A stretch of DNA of 64,000 bases, from NCBI GenBank assembly GCA_030390025.1, contig CM059431.1, positions 121,584,001 to 121,648,000 of the forward strand, written 5' to 3'. Of this stretch, positions 38,217-50,664 are shown in pieces; position 1 is the stretch's first letter, and the number at the start of each line of letters is the position of its first letter. Origin of the DNA: Squalus acanthias. Lineage: Eukaryota. The position numbers were made by a program, and so were the translations under genes. Under the pieces are notes generated by a model. That model saw only the letters and a program-made list of their open reading frames with translations, did no database searches and was not told where the DNA came from.

Positions 38217-41200
38217 GGTTGGAATTTCCTGGGGTCCATGCAGGCGCGATTGGAGGCGGGTCGGGTGGGAAATTTGAAAAAAGTCAGAGCGAGTTGGAAA
38301 CCTGCTGTCATCCCGCCCCCACAAGCCTTTCCCTCAGGTGCGTTTGCTGGTGCGGCAGCGACTCGACCGACGGACGCGGGCGACCTAATTGAAATCATTA
38401 TCAGCTTGTTGTCAGACATTTCCCTGCATGGCTACGAGATTCACGCAGCTCAGGAACCATGTCTGTCAACCTGAGGTAGGAGTTGAGTGGACATTGATCC
38501 AGCTAATTACTTGACAGCATGAAATGTACTATAATAGCTCTGATCTCACAGCTGATCACTTTCCTCAGGCAGAAGCTGTTGCTGACTACATTGCCAGCAC
38601 AGATTTAACTTTCTGCAGGCTGCAAGTATTTCCAGCAAAGTCTCTATCCAGTGTCACCTCATTGGAAGAACCTCTCTCACCATTGACAGATTACTTCTGT
38701 CAACTCTACTTGACCTACCATCTATTCCATCAGCATGGGTGCCATTTATATTATCTCAACTTGGACCTCAGAATCTGACCATGATGAGCCCCAACACCAG
38801 CAGCACCAACAACAACACCACCAACCTTCTCCGCATCCACCTGATGCTGTACAGGACAGAGGGCATCAGCATCCGAGCACATTGGTGCCCGGGAGGCCAG
38901 GGATGGCCTCACCATGGTCAGATTTACTTAACTTTATGCTGTACAACCATATGACTACGAGATGCTGCACCAGGTTCAGAGAGATTTGAGTGTCCTCGTG
39001 CAAGAAACACAGAAAGCTAGCATGCAGGTAAAGCAAGCAATAAGGAAGGCAAATGGCATGTTGGCCTTTATTGCAAGGGGGTTGGAGTATAAGAGTAAGG
39101 GAGTCTTGCTACAATTGTACAGGGCCATGGTGAGACCACACCTGGAGTACTGTGCACAGTTTTGGTCTCCTTATCTAAGGAAGGATATACTTGCCTTGGA
39201 GGTGGTGCAACAAAGGTTCACCAGGCTGATTCTTGGTATGAGAGGGCTGTACTATGATGAGAGATTGTGTAGAATGGAACTATACTCTCTGGAGTTTAGA
39301 AGAATGAGAGGTGATCTCATTGAAACATACAAGATTCTGAAGGGGATTGACAGGGTAGATGCTGAGAGGTTGTTTCCCCTGGCTGGAGTGTCTAGAACTA
39401 GGGGGCATAATCTCAGGATAATGAGTAGGGCATTTTAAACTGAGATGAGGAGGAATTTCTTCACTCAGAGGGTTGTGAATCTTTGGAATTCTCTGCCCCA
39501 GAGGTCTGTGAATGCTGGGTCTTTGTGTATATTCAAGGCTGAGATAGATAGATTTTTGGACTCTAGGGGAATCAAGGGATATGGAGATCGGGCGGGAAAG
39601 TGGAGTGGAGGTTGATGAATGGCGGAACAGGCTCGATTGGCCGTATGGCCTACTCCTGCTCCTATTTCTTATGTTCTTCTGTTGGCACCACCCCACACCA
39701 ACACCATAAAGCATCCATACAATGACCAAGCCATTCCTTTCACACTGACCACCATTGCAGGAGGTTTTGTTATGTCTCACCATTCACTGCAACTCACTAA
39801 GACACTTCCAAAGGTGCACACAAATGTGTCCAAGGCAGAAAAGTGGTGAAAATAAAGTATGTAATGGTTGACAATACATTAACAGAAACTTGCCATTAAC
39901 ATTGACTAAAACAGCCAAGTGGCTACCCTTGTGAATCTACTTGTGTGTCATCTTTCTCTTCTGTGTGCTAATACGAGGTGCTTCCCCTGTGGCTTCAGCA
40001 GAGGTAGAGGCAGCCTGCTGACTTCCCTGCTGTAACTGCTTAGACACTGTTGGCGGACGTCCTCTGGGTTTTTGAGCCTGGGATGGCCCCGCCAAAGTCT
40101 GCTCCTCCTGCGACTGTGCAGGGGCAGACTCGGCCATCGCAATCCGGGGAGCCATCTGGGGCTCTGACTGAGGGGGTGGCAATGGAGGAGACGTGTAAGG
40201 GCTTTGAGAGGAGCCCCCAATTGCATGTCCCCTCTTACTATCATCCCTCACTTGGGCCACCCGCACTTCCCTGCTGCAAAGGAGCTGGAGAGCACCTTGC
40301 TGCACATCAGTGGGGCCATGATGACCCACGTCTATGCTGACATCCCTCCTAGAGAGGGTGTCTATGAGCCTCTGTCATCTATGCTCCATAGAGACCATGT
40401 GCTCCTGTGAGTGGCACATTAGCTGCTCCATGCAGGTGGCCATCTTATCCATGGAAGAGCCTACTGTCATCATCGCCTGCGACACGGTGGTGCTAATGTT
40501 GGAGATGGACTCCTTCATTCTCTGAACATTTGCAGACATCGCAGTTGCAAAACCTGTCAGAGCCCCCTGCACTTCTTCCTGTACCTCCAGGATTGCCCGT
40601 TTTCTGGATGGCCCCCGAGGCTTACCGTCTGCATGCAGCTGAGCAGAGCTGGGAGCGTCCTGTGCCCTCCGGCGAGGCGTCTCCACTGCTGTCCCTGTCT
40701 CCACCATCTGCTCTTGCTCACTTGTGATTTGTGATGGACCCGATGACAACACTACTCTATCTCGCATGCGACCCACTGAGGTTTGCGTCTCTGCGCTGGT
40801 GCTGGGTGCACTTATGTCTGGTGAAACTGTGCCCTCAGAGGGTGGAGGCTGCTAGGAGGAGTCATATTCCTCTTCCTGCTAGACAGTGGGGGGTGGGGGG
40901 GGTGGAGGGGGAGGAGCCCTTGATGGATCTGTGAGAGAGTAAAGAGATGAGTTAGATAAACCATATGAAGAATGGGTGCAGATACCATTATGCACATGGT
41001 GACCATTCAGTGGCTGATGACATCAATCCCCACATGAGTGACTGATTTATGCCATGTAGCTCTATGTTATGTAATTCTGTCACCAGGTTGCTGAGATGTC
41101 CCCCCTCGCTCCGTCTCCCACCTCCAGCTGCTCAGCCACTCCCGATACTTCCAACGCAGCCTCCTCTGCTGTTGTGAGGGTGGCAAATGATGGAGTGCCA

Positions 41201-42126
41201 CCTCCAGTTCTCTTTCTCTCCCTCTTATTTTGGGCTCTCTTCTCCTACAAGGAGGGAAAGAAGAGAAGGTTGAGTGAGAATAATGGAATGAGTGTAAGGA
41301 ATGGATGAGTTACATCTTTAGAGGGAGATTATGATGGAATGGGGTGGCAATGCCAAGTGGCCTCTTTGTGTGTTGTTAGTTGGTATGATTGCGTTAGGAT
41401 GAGGGTGAGTGCGAGGGGTGGCTAGTAAGATGGGGATGTGATAATGAAGATAGAGAGAGAGGGTTTGGTGGACGTGCCAGGATTGTTGGTATGTGTAAGG
41501 ATGTGCAGGATTAGGGTTGGGAAGGCAAAGTGATGGGGATGTGATGAGAGGCACAGCAGGATGAAGTTGAGTGTGGCTTTGTACTCACCTTCCCAGATCT
41601 AATGAGATGATTGAAACGTTTGCAGCACTGCACCCAGGTCCTCCTGAACACATCCCTGATAAGCTTTTGACCTCCTCTGCAATTTGGAGCCAGGCTCTTT
41701 TTGTCTCCTGGGGAGGTCTCTTCCACCCATTGGAAGGGAAGACAACCTCCCTGTGTGCTCTGACTCCCTCCACAAGGATATGGAGTGAGTCATCGGAGAA
41801 GCTGGGTGTAGCCCTTTGCCTCTGTGCAGCCATCTCTCCAACTGTTTGGAGCAATGAAATCCTCCAGTGTGCTGCCTGCACACTCCTCGATGAACCTTCA
41901 AATGCAATGTGGCCATGGTTCCTTTAAATATACCAGATGAAAATGCATCATGGCTGATGTCATCAGATCCACACCATTTAACTGGGCTGGGTAACGCCAG
42001 GGCGGGCTTAATAGGCCCCATTATCACAAAGCCGATTTCTGAAGTGGGATGGAAGCGACAACGGGGTCGCGACCTGCCACGGTGACCGTCCTCACCCGAC
42101 CCGTCCAGGTACAGCAAATTCCGGCC
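38217..42126. mobile_element. Harbinger element with near-complete multi-exon Myb gene (- strand ~39937-41833) and deleted transposase
   Basis: TIR GGTTGGAATTT/AAATTCCGGCC; MAAQRQRATPSFSDDSLHILVEGV...WLQIAEEV...RTWVQCCKRFNHL; homologous to 7230 and 59456 elements. Confidence 0.8.
38975..39680 (+). mobile_element. CR1 LINE 3' fragment
   Basis: ORF 38962-39438 VRPHLEYCAQFWSPYLRKDILALE; CR1 tail. Confidence 0.9.
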
Positions 42127-42299
42127 TTTAAATGCAAGTTGCTGTTGTCGGTATCCGGACACTCAACCTATGAATGAGCAAAAAAAATGCTTCCTATCCA
42201 TCTTAATAAGCATAGATAATCTGAAAATGATGGAACGATGAGCTCCTGATTCAGGATTGAGATGAAAAGCTTTTGACAGATCAATAATGAAAGGTGTGA

Positions 42300-42950
42300 C
42301 CATTCTAGTCTCGTTTATTAATTGAAAAGCCTCTGTGAAGGTCCAAGGTTCATAGCACAGAACACCACCAAGGTGTAAAAGTATACGGAAGAAGATGAAA
42401 TGCATCAAGCAGTAGTGATTAGATGTTGGGTTTTAAAAGCCTGCGGATTATCAGAGTAACAGGAGACTGAAAGAGATCAGGACCTTCAGAGGTTTGATGG
42501 TCTAAGAAAAAAATGAATTGGAGTAGGAGATGGTGTGATGAGTCTTGATTTTAACATGGTGAGGACGTAGGGAGGCAGCCTTGTGTATAATTAAATCAAA
42601 CTTTAAAGGAGTAATGACATTGTAGTATTGATACAATAAAGAGAGATGAGAAATGTTGGAGGCTAGGGATGAAGGAAAGATTGCCTGTCAAGCAAGCTTC
42701 TTGTGTACAGTCCAGATGAGTAAGAGCTGTATTAGAAAAGCTTCCACAAAAAAGGGAGCAGTGTTCCAGTTGAGAGCAGATTGCAACTTTATAGATAGTT
42801 AAGTACTGTTGAGGGGGAAAGCGTTTGGCAAGAAAGAGGAAATTGAGCTTCGTACACGCAACTATATCAGCGGAGGAGCTGTATAGTCTGATGTTTGCAT
42901 TGTTAATGCACATGTGCACCAGCGCACGGGGTATAATATAGAACAAGATC
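42300..42950 (-). mobile_element. Old non-LTR retrotransposon RT remnant
   Basis: LTIYKVAICSQLEHCS; IDLSKAF nearby (ORF 42163-42408). Confidence 0.45.
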
Positions 42951-44854
42951 AAAAACCCATAATGCTAGATCTCTGCTCTTTTATCACATGATGCATATTT
43001 TCTGGGGGTAGAAGGTGGGGGAGCTCCCAACTGAATACTATTGTTATGAAACAGAAGTGACTTTTGTATGCCCTCTGCAAAATTTTCTAGAGATCATGCA
43101 TCGCGTCCATTAATGACGGTTGCAAATCTAGGGTTAGTAGGTTTTAATTATTCAGTAAGAAAATTTATTTAGCAGCTAAAAGGCACAATGTTTCTTCAGT
43201 TCTTCTGTTTTCTTTCTGCTGGCACGTCATTTTTTATGAGTCTTTGGGGCCCATCTTTAACTTTCACCCGAGCCCGGCACAAAGTCCGAAGCTGGCGCGA
43301 AAGGCTCAAGCCATTTTTGGTTCAGGCCTCATATCATTATCATTGATGAGCGGTTGGCGCTCGTTTGGCCGCTCAACACCTGGCACAAAGGTGCACACCC
43401 ACCCCCGTGTACCTGAAAATTGCAAATGGGTTCCTACAACTGGTGTAGGAGCCTGATTTCCATCATTAAGCAGTCTCCTGTCAGAAACAGGTGGGCACGC
43501 AATCGCTCATTTACAGACCTGCCTGAAAATTACATCAGGCAGATCTTGGCTGCCAATTGGGCAACCGGCAACTTTCAACTGTCGGCCGTCTGTTTTTCAA
43601 GCAAGAAATGGACGGCCAGCACTTGAAAATCGCCTCCTTTGTGTCAATTGATGGAAAAGAAATTGTCCCCAGCACCTTTATTGGCACTAATGCATTTACC
43701 AATCAGAATTTCCTACCTGTGTTCGGAAGAATTGGAAGACCAACGGAGGGATGCCAGGCAGGACATGCTACACAAGAACTATTTTGCGCTCATGCACCCA
43801 CTGATAGCCACATGTGCTGGAAGAGGTGACCAGAGGGCGCTTTGGCAGTTAGTGTATGCTGAGGCTCCGATTCTAAAAGAAAGTAGGGACAGCATGCCCG
43901 GTGATTCTGTGATTCCAAGTGGGAAGTGATGCTTGCAAGGGGCACAACTCGGGAAATTGCAAGTGTGCAGCCTCGATTTTTCATCCATTCATTTTAATCT
44001 TCTGAGAATTGCTCCCCGTGACTTGATCTTTTCCACCGGAGTGTGGAATCACCCCTGCCGTGCCTTTGACGAACTGAAGGAAACAAATTTTCATCACCCC
44101 ATCAAAAGGCAATGCATGAGTATCAAAGCAAAGTTGATCTGTTAATATACAATTGTTATTTTTGTGCTGTTTTTTTACCATTCTAATTTTGGGGATATAA
44201 ATCAATTTTCTTTACCAAGCAAAGTAATTTTTGTCATTTTTCTAATTAGTTAAGGTTGTTCCTTTTCCTTACAAAATTTCAGTGAATATGAAATTTGACA
44301 ATGTATTCGTATAGAGTCTGCATCTTCTATCTAATTAATTAGGAAATTTGCATTGGTGCCGTGAATATGTTGATCATTAAAGTGATTAATTATATTAATA
44401 TCGAATCTAATTTGCATGTTAATTGCCTTCTTATTCATTTTAAAGTCAAAATACATGACACGGGAAGCAATTTGGTCTTGTTACAGATTCAAACAAATTG
44501 GTAACAATCTTTGAAATGGTTTCTTTTCACTGGCAGTTTTTAAAAGCAAGACTTTAGATCTGAAAAATTCTGATATATCAAAAAACAGTGAATGAAATGA
44601 CTGCTAGGCAACATTAATAATTAAATAAACATTGAACAGGCTTTGATGATATTTTGAAAGAAAACAGTCAGTATTCCAAATATATGTGAGCCATTAACTC
44701 TCCAAGCTAAAATGTTAAATGATTGAATTTGTTTGCAGCAGTGGAACACTTCTCCCATACTAGGGAGCAGTAATCATCTCACATCTAATATTACCTCATT
44801 GACATGTCCAGTGGTAGCTACAATAGGTTGCCACTATTCAAGTATACCATAAAG

Positions 44855-46289
44855 CAGTGGTGGGCAAAATACAGCCTGGGGGCCGTATCCGGCCCGCCAA
44901 TTCATTCTATCCAACCCGCTGGATGGGCCAGAAATAGAACGCGAGCTGGAGCTCGAGCTGCACTTTAGTCTGAGTTGAGTCATGGCTGCTCATCTCGATT
45001 ACTCTTTTACCGAAGAAAGTGATCGGTGCTGCGTCTTTCCTCTCCCGGTACCTAGAGTATGGCGGCAGGGGAGTTCTCATCACTGTCTTCGACACGGGAG
45101 TGGATCCAGGAGCACAAGGGCTCCAGGTAATGCGATTGTAGCTCAGGCCTTGCGAAGCCTCAGGCTCTCGTACTCAGCACACTGAAAAGAGTCGGCGGCC
45201 CCGCAGACTCGAGCCACTCTGCCAAACAGCCACATAGACTTTCAGTACAACATATAACCGAAAGATCAATCATTTATTCATTTAGTAACGGAAGATTTTA
45301 CTATTTTATACTACATTTTGTGTATTTAAGATAGTAACTGACTAATATCTGAATTTATATTTATAATTATTGGGAGGGTAGAAGTGGGAGTGATGATTAA
45401 AGCTATGAGTTGGCTTGTTTCAAATTTACCAATTTAACACTTAGCTCTCACCAATGATGTTAGTGGGGTTATTAATTTTTGCACAATTATACACTCGTTT
45501 TAATATTATCCCACTTAATTAGCATAGTGGAGGTATAACTAAATGGACCCGGGTATATTGGATATTACATTCACTGTTTTTAATTTAAGCCCTTTTTTCC
45601 CATACCATGAACAATTCAAGCTTATTGTCATGACTGGAAGAGGGATGTAGAGATTTATGTCGTTGGTCAGGCCCAGTAATAAATAGCACTCGGGGAAGAA
45701 ATGCGTATTATCATGGTGCATTGCTTGTGGCCATTCTCAAGTGAAAGTCGGTGAACTATAGGTGGCTTGGCTTTTCTCAGGAGTGATCGAACCTTGACAA
45801 TGAACAAGCCAATTTGATGGCTGATCTGGGTCGCAATTTGTGGTATAAATCCTGTTCTGAGCCACCTAATTGTTTCTTAGCGAGGTATCAAAGGCATCAA
45901 AGTAGCACTTTCATGTGCAATTTTTAAAAGGTTGTATAAATGATTTTATCCTTGATTGTGCATTATACTATGTTCATAATTCCCATCGGAAGCAAAATCG
46001 ATCACTCATTTTCCACTACAAGAATTAATTTAGACCATTTGGAATAAACAGACCGAGAACCTTTCAATGTGATTCGTAAATCTGTATCATGTCCGTTAGC
46101 ATGTTAATTAATAAGTGTTGTTATTTTTATTAAATGTGGAAACAAAATGAAGGGTTCTTTATACAATAAATGCCGTAACAAGTTTTAGTGATAGCTGTTG
46201 TTCACACAATTCATTTTATGTGTGCGGCCCTCAACAGCTCACCAAAACTTGTTCAGTGGCCCTCCAGCCCAAATAATTGCCCATCCCTG
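44855..46289 (+). mobile_element. Non-autonomous hAT element B carrying TPP2 exon 1
   Basis: TIR CAGTGGTGGGCAA/TTGCCCATCCCTG, perfect 8-bp TSD CCATAAAG; shares ends and cargo with 28256-29786. Confidence 0.9.
44982..45126 (+). pseudogene. TPP2: Captured TPP2 exon 1 (ATG out of frame after a small deletion)
   Basis: 45004-45126 translates [41 protein letters not shown] followed by GTAATG donor. Confidence 0.9.
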
Positions 46290-47197
46290 CCATAAAGCAA
46301 ATTAAAACCGCAGCAGTTATAGAGAAAAACTAAGAATCCTGTATATCTGGTAATACAAACCAGGCCAATTAGCATCTCAAAGACAATGACAGGTTAACAT
46401 TTTGAGTCGGACCCTGCATCAGGATTACACAGGTGACAATATTGAAAATGTCAAAATACTGAGATTATTTTTTGTGATTTTCATAAGCAAACAATTTATG
46501 CATTTGGGTGAGTTGTATGTTTGCTATTATGGTCTTATTTTAAAGAAGGTTACACCATTAGTTAAAATAGCAAAGCGATGCATGTCACATGAACATATTA
46601 AGTGCTCATTCTCCATTATTACCGGCACTAACTTCCAGCCTAATATTTCAATAAAATGGGGCAATACTCAAAGGAAACCATTAGAGGCAGCACTGTCCCT
46701 GACCAAAGTGGATCCAGAGGGATAGGATGGTGCATTTTTGGTTATTTTAAGTAAATTTTATTAAAAAGAACAAAAGTTTAATTACTTACTTGATGTTCAT
46801 TGACCATAAATATGTGGAGACATTAGGACCAATTTTGTTGGCTCCCCATTGCCCTGCTGTTGTGCAGGTGTGCTGCACCTGTCCAGACTCAGGAATGACA
46901 AATGTACTGACCTGGGCCATTAACATGGGCACCCCAGCACACACTTTCCCCTTGGCTGGGCCTTGCACTGAAGGGCAGAAGAGGAGAGGCCTGCAGCTGT
47001 GCTTCTGGTCACTGGCTTTAGGGCTTTCTGGCTACTTCTGAAGAGCAGCCACCAGTAAACCTTGAAGACATAAGATAATCGGTAACAACTTACCTTGGCC
47101 TTTTCATTTCTCTTTGGGCTGTTCTTGGGACCCTTTCGGATCCTCTGATCCATGGACGTTCTGGCACTAGCTCTAATGCCTAGAATCTTCAAGTGTC

Positions 47198-48859
47198 TGT
47201 AAAGTTTCGCAATTATCGCGATTCAAAATAACACAAGAGAAGCAGATTCGTTTGATCAGTTTTATTAAACGAAATGCTGTCCTGATAATAAAGGACACAG
47301 AAGCCTGTAAAATGGCCACCGTGCATCGTGGCAGAAGCTTCCAGAAACACAGTGGGCAGACAAAATGGCGTCGAATATACATTTAGTATAAGATTGGATC
47401 ATACTCGGTAAACACTAATAAAGACAGGACGCAACCCGTTTGCATTTGGAACAATAGCAAAGATATAAGTGCTGGAATCGTTTTCCTATGCACAGTAAGG
47501 ATCATTGAACTGGGCAATCGAAGGCCCATCCAGACACATCAATACACAAATACCCCCCCCCCCCCCCCGGCTCTACAATGAGAGAGACATTGACGGGTGA
47601 TTAAGCAAGTATTCGGGGGCCCCCAAAACCAGTCAGGGAGATGATTCATACACATCCTGGCTGGGTCAACAATGGGGAAACATTAACGGATAGATGGCCA
47701 GTTTCAGGTGCTACCGAAACCCGTTAAAGAAGATAATCGCCCCATGCTGGGAGTATTGAGAGCCAATATTACACAAAGGACAAACATTAAGATTTGAGCG
47801 GGAGATAAGCGGACACATCACTATAACTATAGAGAACAAATGTCCATCGGTCTCTTGACTCTTATGCTCTTATCTCTGCTGACTCTTGACTCGGGCTGAA
47901 CTCTTATCCCTATCCTCTGGTAACGCTCTGCTGGACGGGCAACCTTCTGTGTTTTCTCTCTGGACTTTGTGGACTCTTGACTCTTAGCCGTACTGGTCGG
48001 TTATTCGAGTGTTGGGTGGAGCTCAATCGGTACGAGCCGCCCCGACAAGGGCAGGTAACAGGGTACACCATCCCAAGCGTCGGTAAACGGTGTCTGGACC
48101 CGGAGGCCGAAGGAGAAGAAGACGAGAAGAAAATCCACGTGCCGCCACGGTCAGTAAACCCCGACCGCGCCGAAAATATAAATACAGGACTTTTCTTTGA
48201 GTTCTACCAACTACAACCTGTGTTGAGCACAGGAAGACTCTTCTTTGAACTGTGTCTGAGGTCCGTTGGGTTCTTCATGACAACAGGGAGTCTGGCCTGC
48301 TTTTCGCAGCAGCGAAAGTAAACAAGTGGGGTACAGAGACCCTTCCAAACACGTGACAGTCAGGCGCTGCAGCGAAACGAGCTGAGCTGCCTCACTTTAA
48401 AAATCTCCGAAGTAACACGAGTGGTGAGCATGTTTTCCGATCCTACAAATCTAGACGTAGTGTAGGTATTATTAAGGGAGGGTGTTTTAATAAGGTTAAG
48501 ATATAATGTGTTCCCCTTTCTACAATGTGCCGTGTGTTCTCCATTTCCACAGACCAAGCTTTATGAATGTATGTATACTTGTACTATCGTTGATTTGCGC
48601 CTATGACATGTATTTCATGATTTTAGACGCATGCAATAAAGATTTCCATTTCGTACTATTCAACCGGGTCTATTTGAGTTTTTCTCTGCATTACTGCTCA
48701 CTGCACCTAAGTCCAGTGTTAGAACCGTAAGGGCGAGTGGGTCGAACCACTCACAGGTGCTTATTGCAATAAGGCTGGCCGGAGACCAGAGCAAGCAATA
48801 GTATTAGGCAACGAAGGCCTAACCTCGCACAAGCACCGTCTGAGACACGCCCCCTTACA
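47198..48859 (+). repeat. 5' LTR (~1.66 kb)
   Basis: TGTAAAG...CCTTACA, AATAAA at 48635, PBS directly after; 3' ~500 bp match 63513-64000 in reverse complement. 5' boundary inferred from the TG end only. Confidence 0.8.
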
Positions 48860-48864
48860 GAAAA

Positions 48865-48882
48865 TGGCGACCGCGGCAGGAC
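48865..48882 (+). promoter_or_regulatory. Primer binding site (tRNA not assigned)
   Basis: TGGCGACCGCGGCAGGAC 5 nt after LTR end. Confidence 0.75.
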
Positions 48883-48936
48883 ATTGGCAGCAGGAGAGTA
48901 ATGTTTTAGACCCTAATTTTGAATAGGCGAAATGTG

Positions 48937-50664
48937 ATGGATGAGAGGGTAGCCGACTATGTGTTTGGGAAGGTTAACTTAACCAAAAAGTGGATAAGTG
49001 ACCTACTGATGGATAAGCGTCTGCTAGACGCCGCCATCAAGTGGACAGGTAGTAAAGATCATAAGAAGTCGGTAGAGAAAGCGGTCTGGCTGATGTGCTA
49101 CAAGAAGCAAGTCCAACTTTCGGACCAGGTCATTGCAGCACAGGCAGCTCAGATCAGGGAATTGGAAACTGAGATGGAGGAAAAGGTTACGGGAGGACAG
49201 AGACTCATTGCATCATTGAATGCGTTACATCAGGAACGCCAAATAGTAGCTAACCACCACGAGGCTAAGATTGATTACCTAGAATGTCAGGTCACGGAAG
49301 CAAAATTAAACGAGGGTAGGATTAGAGAACGGTGTGTCTGCCTAGCTAACCAGATAAAAGCCCAGGAAGAAAGCTTGAAGGGAGTTAGGGCGGCATACAA
49401 GATGGCCCTCGAGGATAGGCATGAGGGAGCCGACCACAGTGTTTGCCAGAGGGAGATAGAGAACCTAAGGGAGTCCCTGAGTAAGGCAAACGGCTTGGTG
49501 TGTCTCATCAGCCCGTCAGCGAGCCAGCCACAGGTGGGTAGGGAATTCCCAAAATCCCTACCGGAAAAGGCAGAAGAGGTATCTGCCACTGCGCCCTCCG
49601 CGCCACCCAGCTATACGGCAACCTGGGTAAGGGAGGAAGTGGTGGAAATAGAGAAGAAGGTTCCCGAGGTAGGACAATCCCCGGAGGTAGTGTCGAGACC
49701 GAGACCGATGTGTCCGCTCCGAGGTCACAAGAGAGGCCCGAATGCGGACAATGGGGAAGACGGGGATATCCTGAGCCAACTTGTATTGCCCCACAGCTCA
49801 CACCAGCTGAGAGCAATGATTAGCCATGTACGGAAGCTGTCCGAGTCAGTTGACCCTTCCGTACATTTTAGAGAAGTAGAACAGACCGCAGCGATTAATG
49901 GCTGCGACGACGAGGAAAAGACCAAAATGTTGCTGTTCTCTTTAGATAGCTCGATCCTTCAGTGTCTCTCCGACGAGAGCAAGAAGGGAAATAAAACCTA
50001 TGGGGAGTTACGGGACGAGGTCCTAGAAGTGTTAGGGGCGGATGACGAAGGTCCGTTCTTCAGATTGAGTCAGACCGTACAGATGGAGGGAGAACCCCCG
50101 AAGGTTTTCGCCGACAGACTGTGGCCAGTATACCAGCGTAGCTGCCCAGGTGCGCCAGCGCGCACCTATCTGGGCGGCGCCGGGAAAGCTCATTGGCTCA
50201 GGTGCATGGTAGCCAACAGCTTGCCAGCCGTCAGGGAGCAGGCCAGTGCGTGGTTTGATCCCACTAACCCCGCCACAATGGAGGAGTCTGTCCTAAATCG
50301 ACTCACCATAGGGTATCGGAACACTAGGAGCATGGGAGCGCGTCCCCTTAAGGGAAAGGTGCATGAGGCAAAGCCCGCAGCTCCGGCTCAGAAAGAGTGG
50401 CATCAGGAGGGAAATCGCGCCCCACAAACCAGTGGTGTTTGTTACGGGTGCGGGAAGACAGGTCACTGGCGTAAAAACTGCAGGAATCCCTGGAAGGACT
50501 CCAGGGACAAAGCTCCCGCAGTCCGAACCCAAGCGCCTGTCTCCGAGAAAGGAGCTGGTGTGCCTATCTATCCCGATGCGATAGAATCAATGTTAGGAGC
50601 CATGCGGTCTCTCATGACCTCACACGGGGAGGTAGCAACAGCCCCATACAACCCAGACTTCTGA
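48937..50664 (+). CDS. gag: Gag polyprotein, open (first ATG 48937)
   Basis: N-terminal coiled coil, PSAPPSY late motifs (49594-49614), capsid-like Q.EGEPPKVFADRL, CYGCGKTGHWRKNC knuckle (50440-50481). Confidence 0.9.
   Translation: MDERVADYVFGKVNLTKKWISDLLMDKRLLDAAIKWTGSKDHKKSVEKAVWLMCYKKQVQLSDQVIAAQAAQIRELETEMEEKVTGGQRLIASLNALHQERQIVANHHEAKIDYLECQVTEAKLNEGRIRERCVCLANQIKAQEESLKGVRAAYKMALEDRHEGADHSVCQREIENLRESLSKANGLVCLISPSASQPQVGREFPKSLPEKAEEVSATAPSAPPSYTATWVREEVVEIEKKVPEVGQSPEVVSRPRPMCPLRGHKRGPNADNGEDGDILSQLVLPHSSHQLRAMISHVRKLSESVDPSVHFREVEQTAAINGCDDEEKTKMLLFSLDSSILQCLSDESKKGNKTYGELRDEVLEVLGADDEGPFFRLSQTVQMEGEPPKVFADRLWPVYQRSCPGAPARTYLGGAGKAHWLRCMVANSLPAVREQASAWFDPTNPATMEESVLNRLTIGYRNTRSMGARPLKGKVHEAKPAAPAQKEWHQEGNRAPQTSGVCYGCGKTGHWRKNCRNPWKDSRDKAPAVRTQAPVSEKGAGVPIYPDAIESMLGAMRSLMTSHGEVATAPYNPDF

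Noticed and set aside
28612..45126. Genuine TPP2 gene locus
   Set aside because: Both exon copies sit inside TIR/TSD-bounded elements and are frameshifted; I saw no downstream TPP2 exons
48865..48882. Assigning the primer tRNA
   Set aside because: Partly resembles Arg and Ser tRNA 3' ends; needs the species tRNA set
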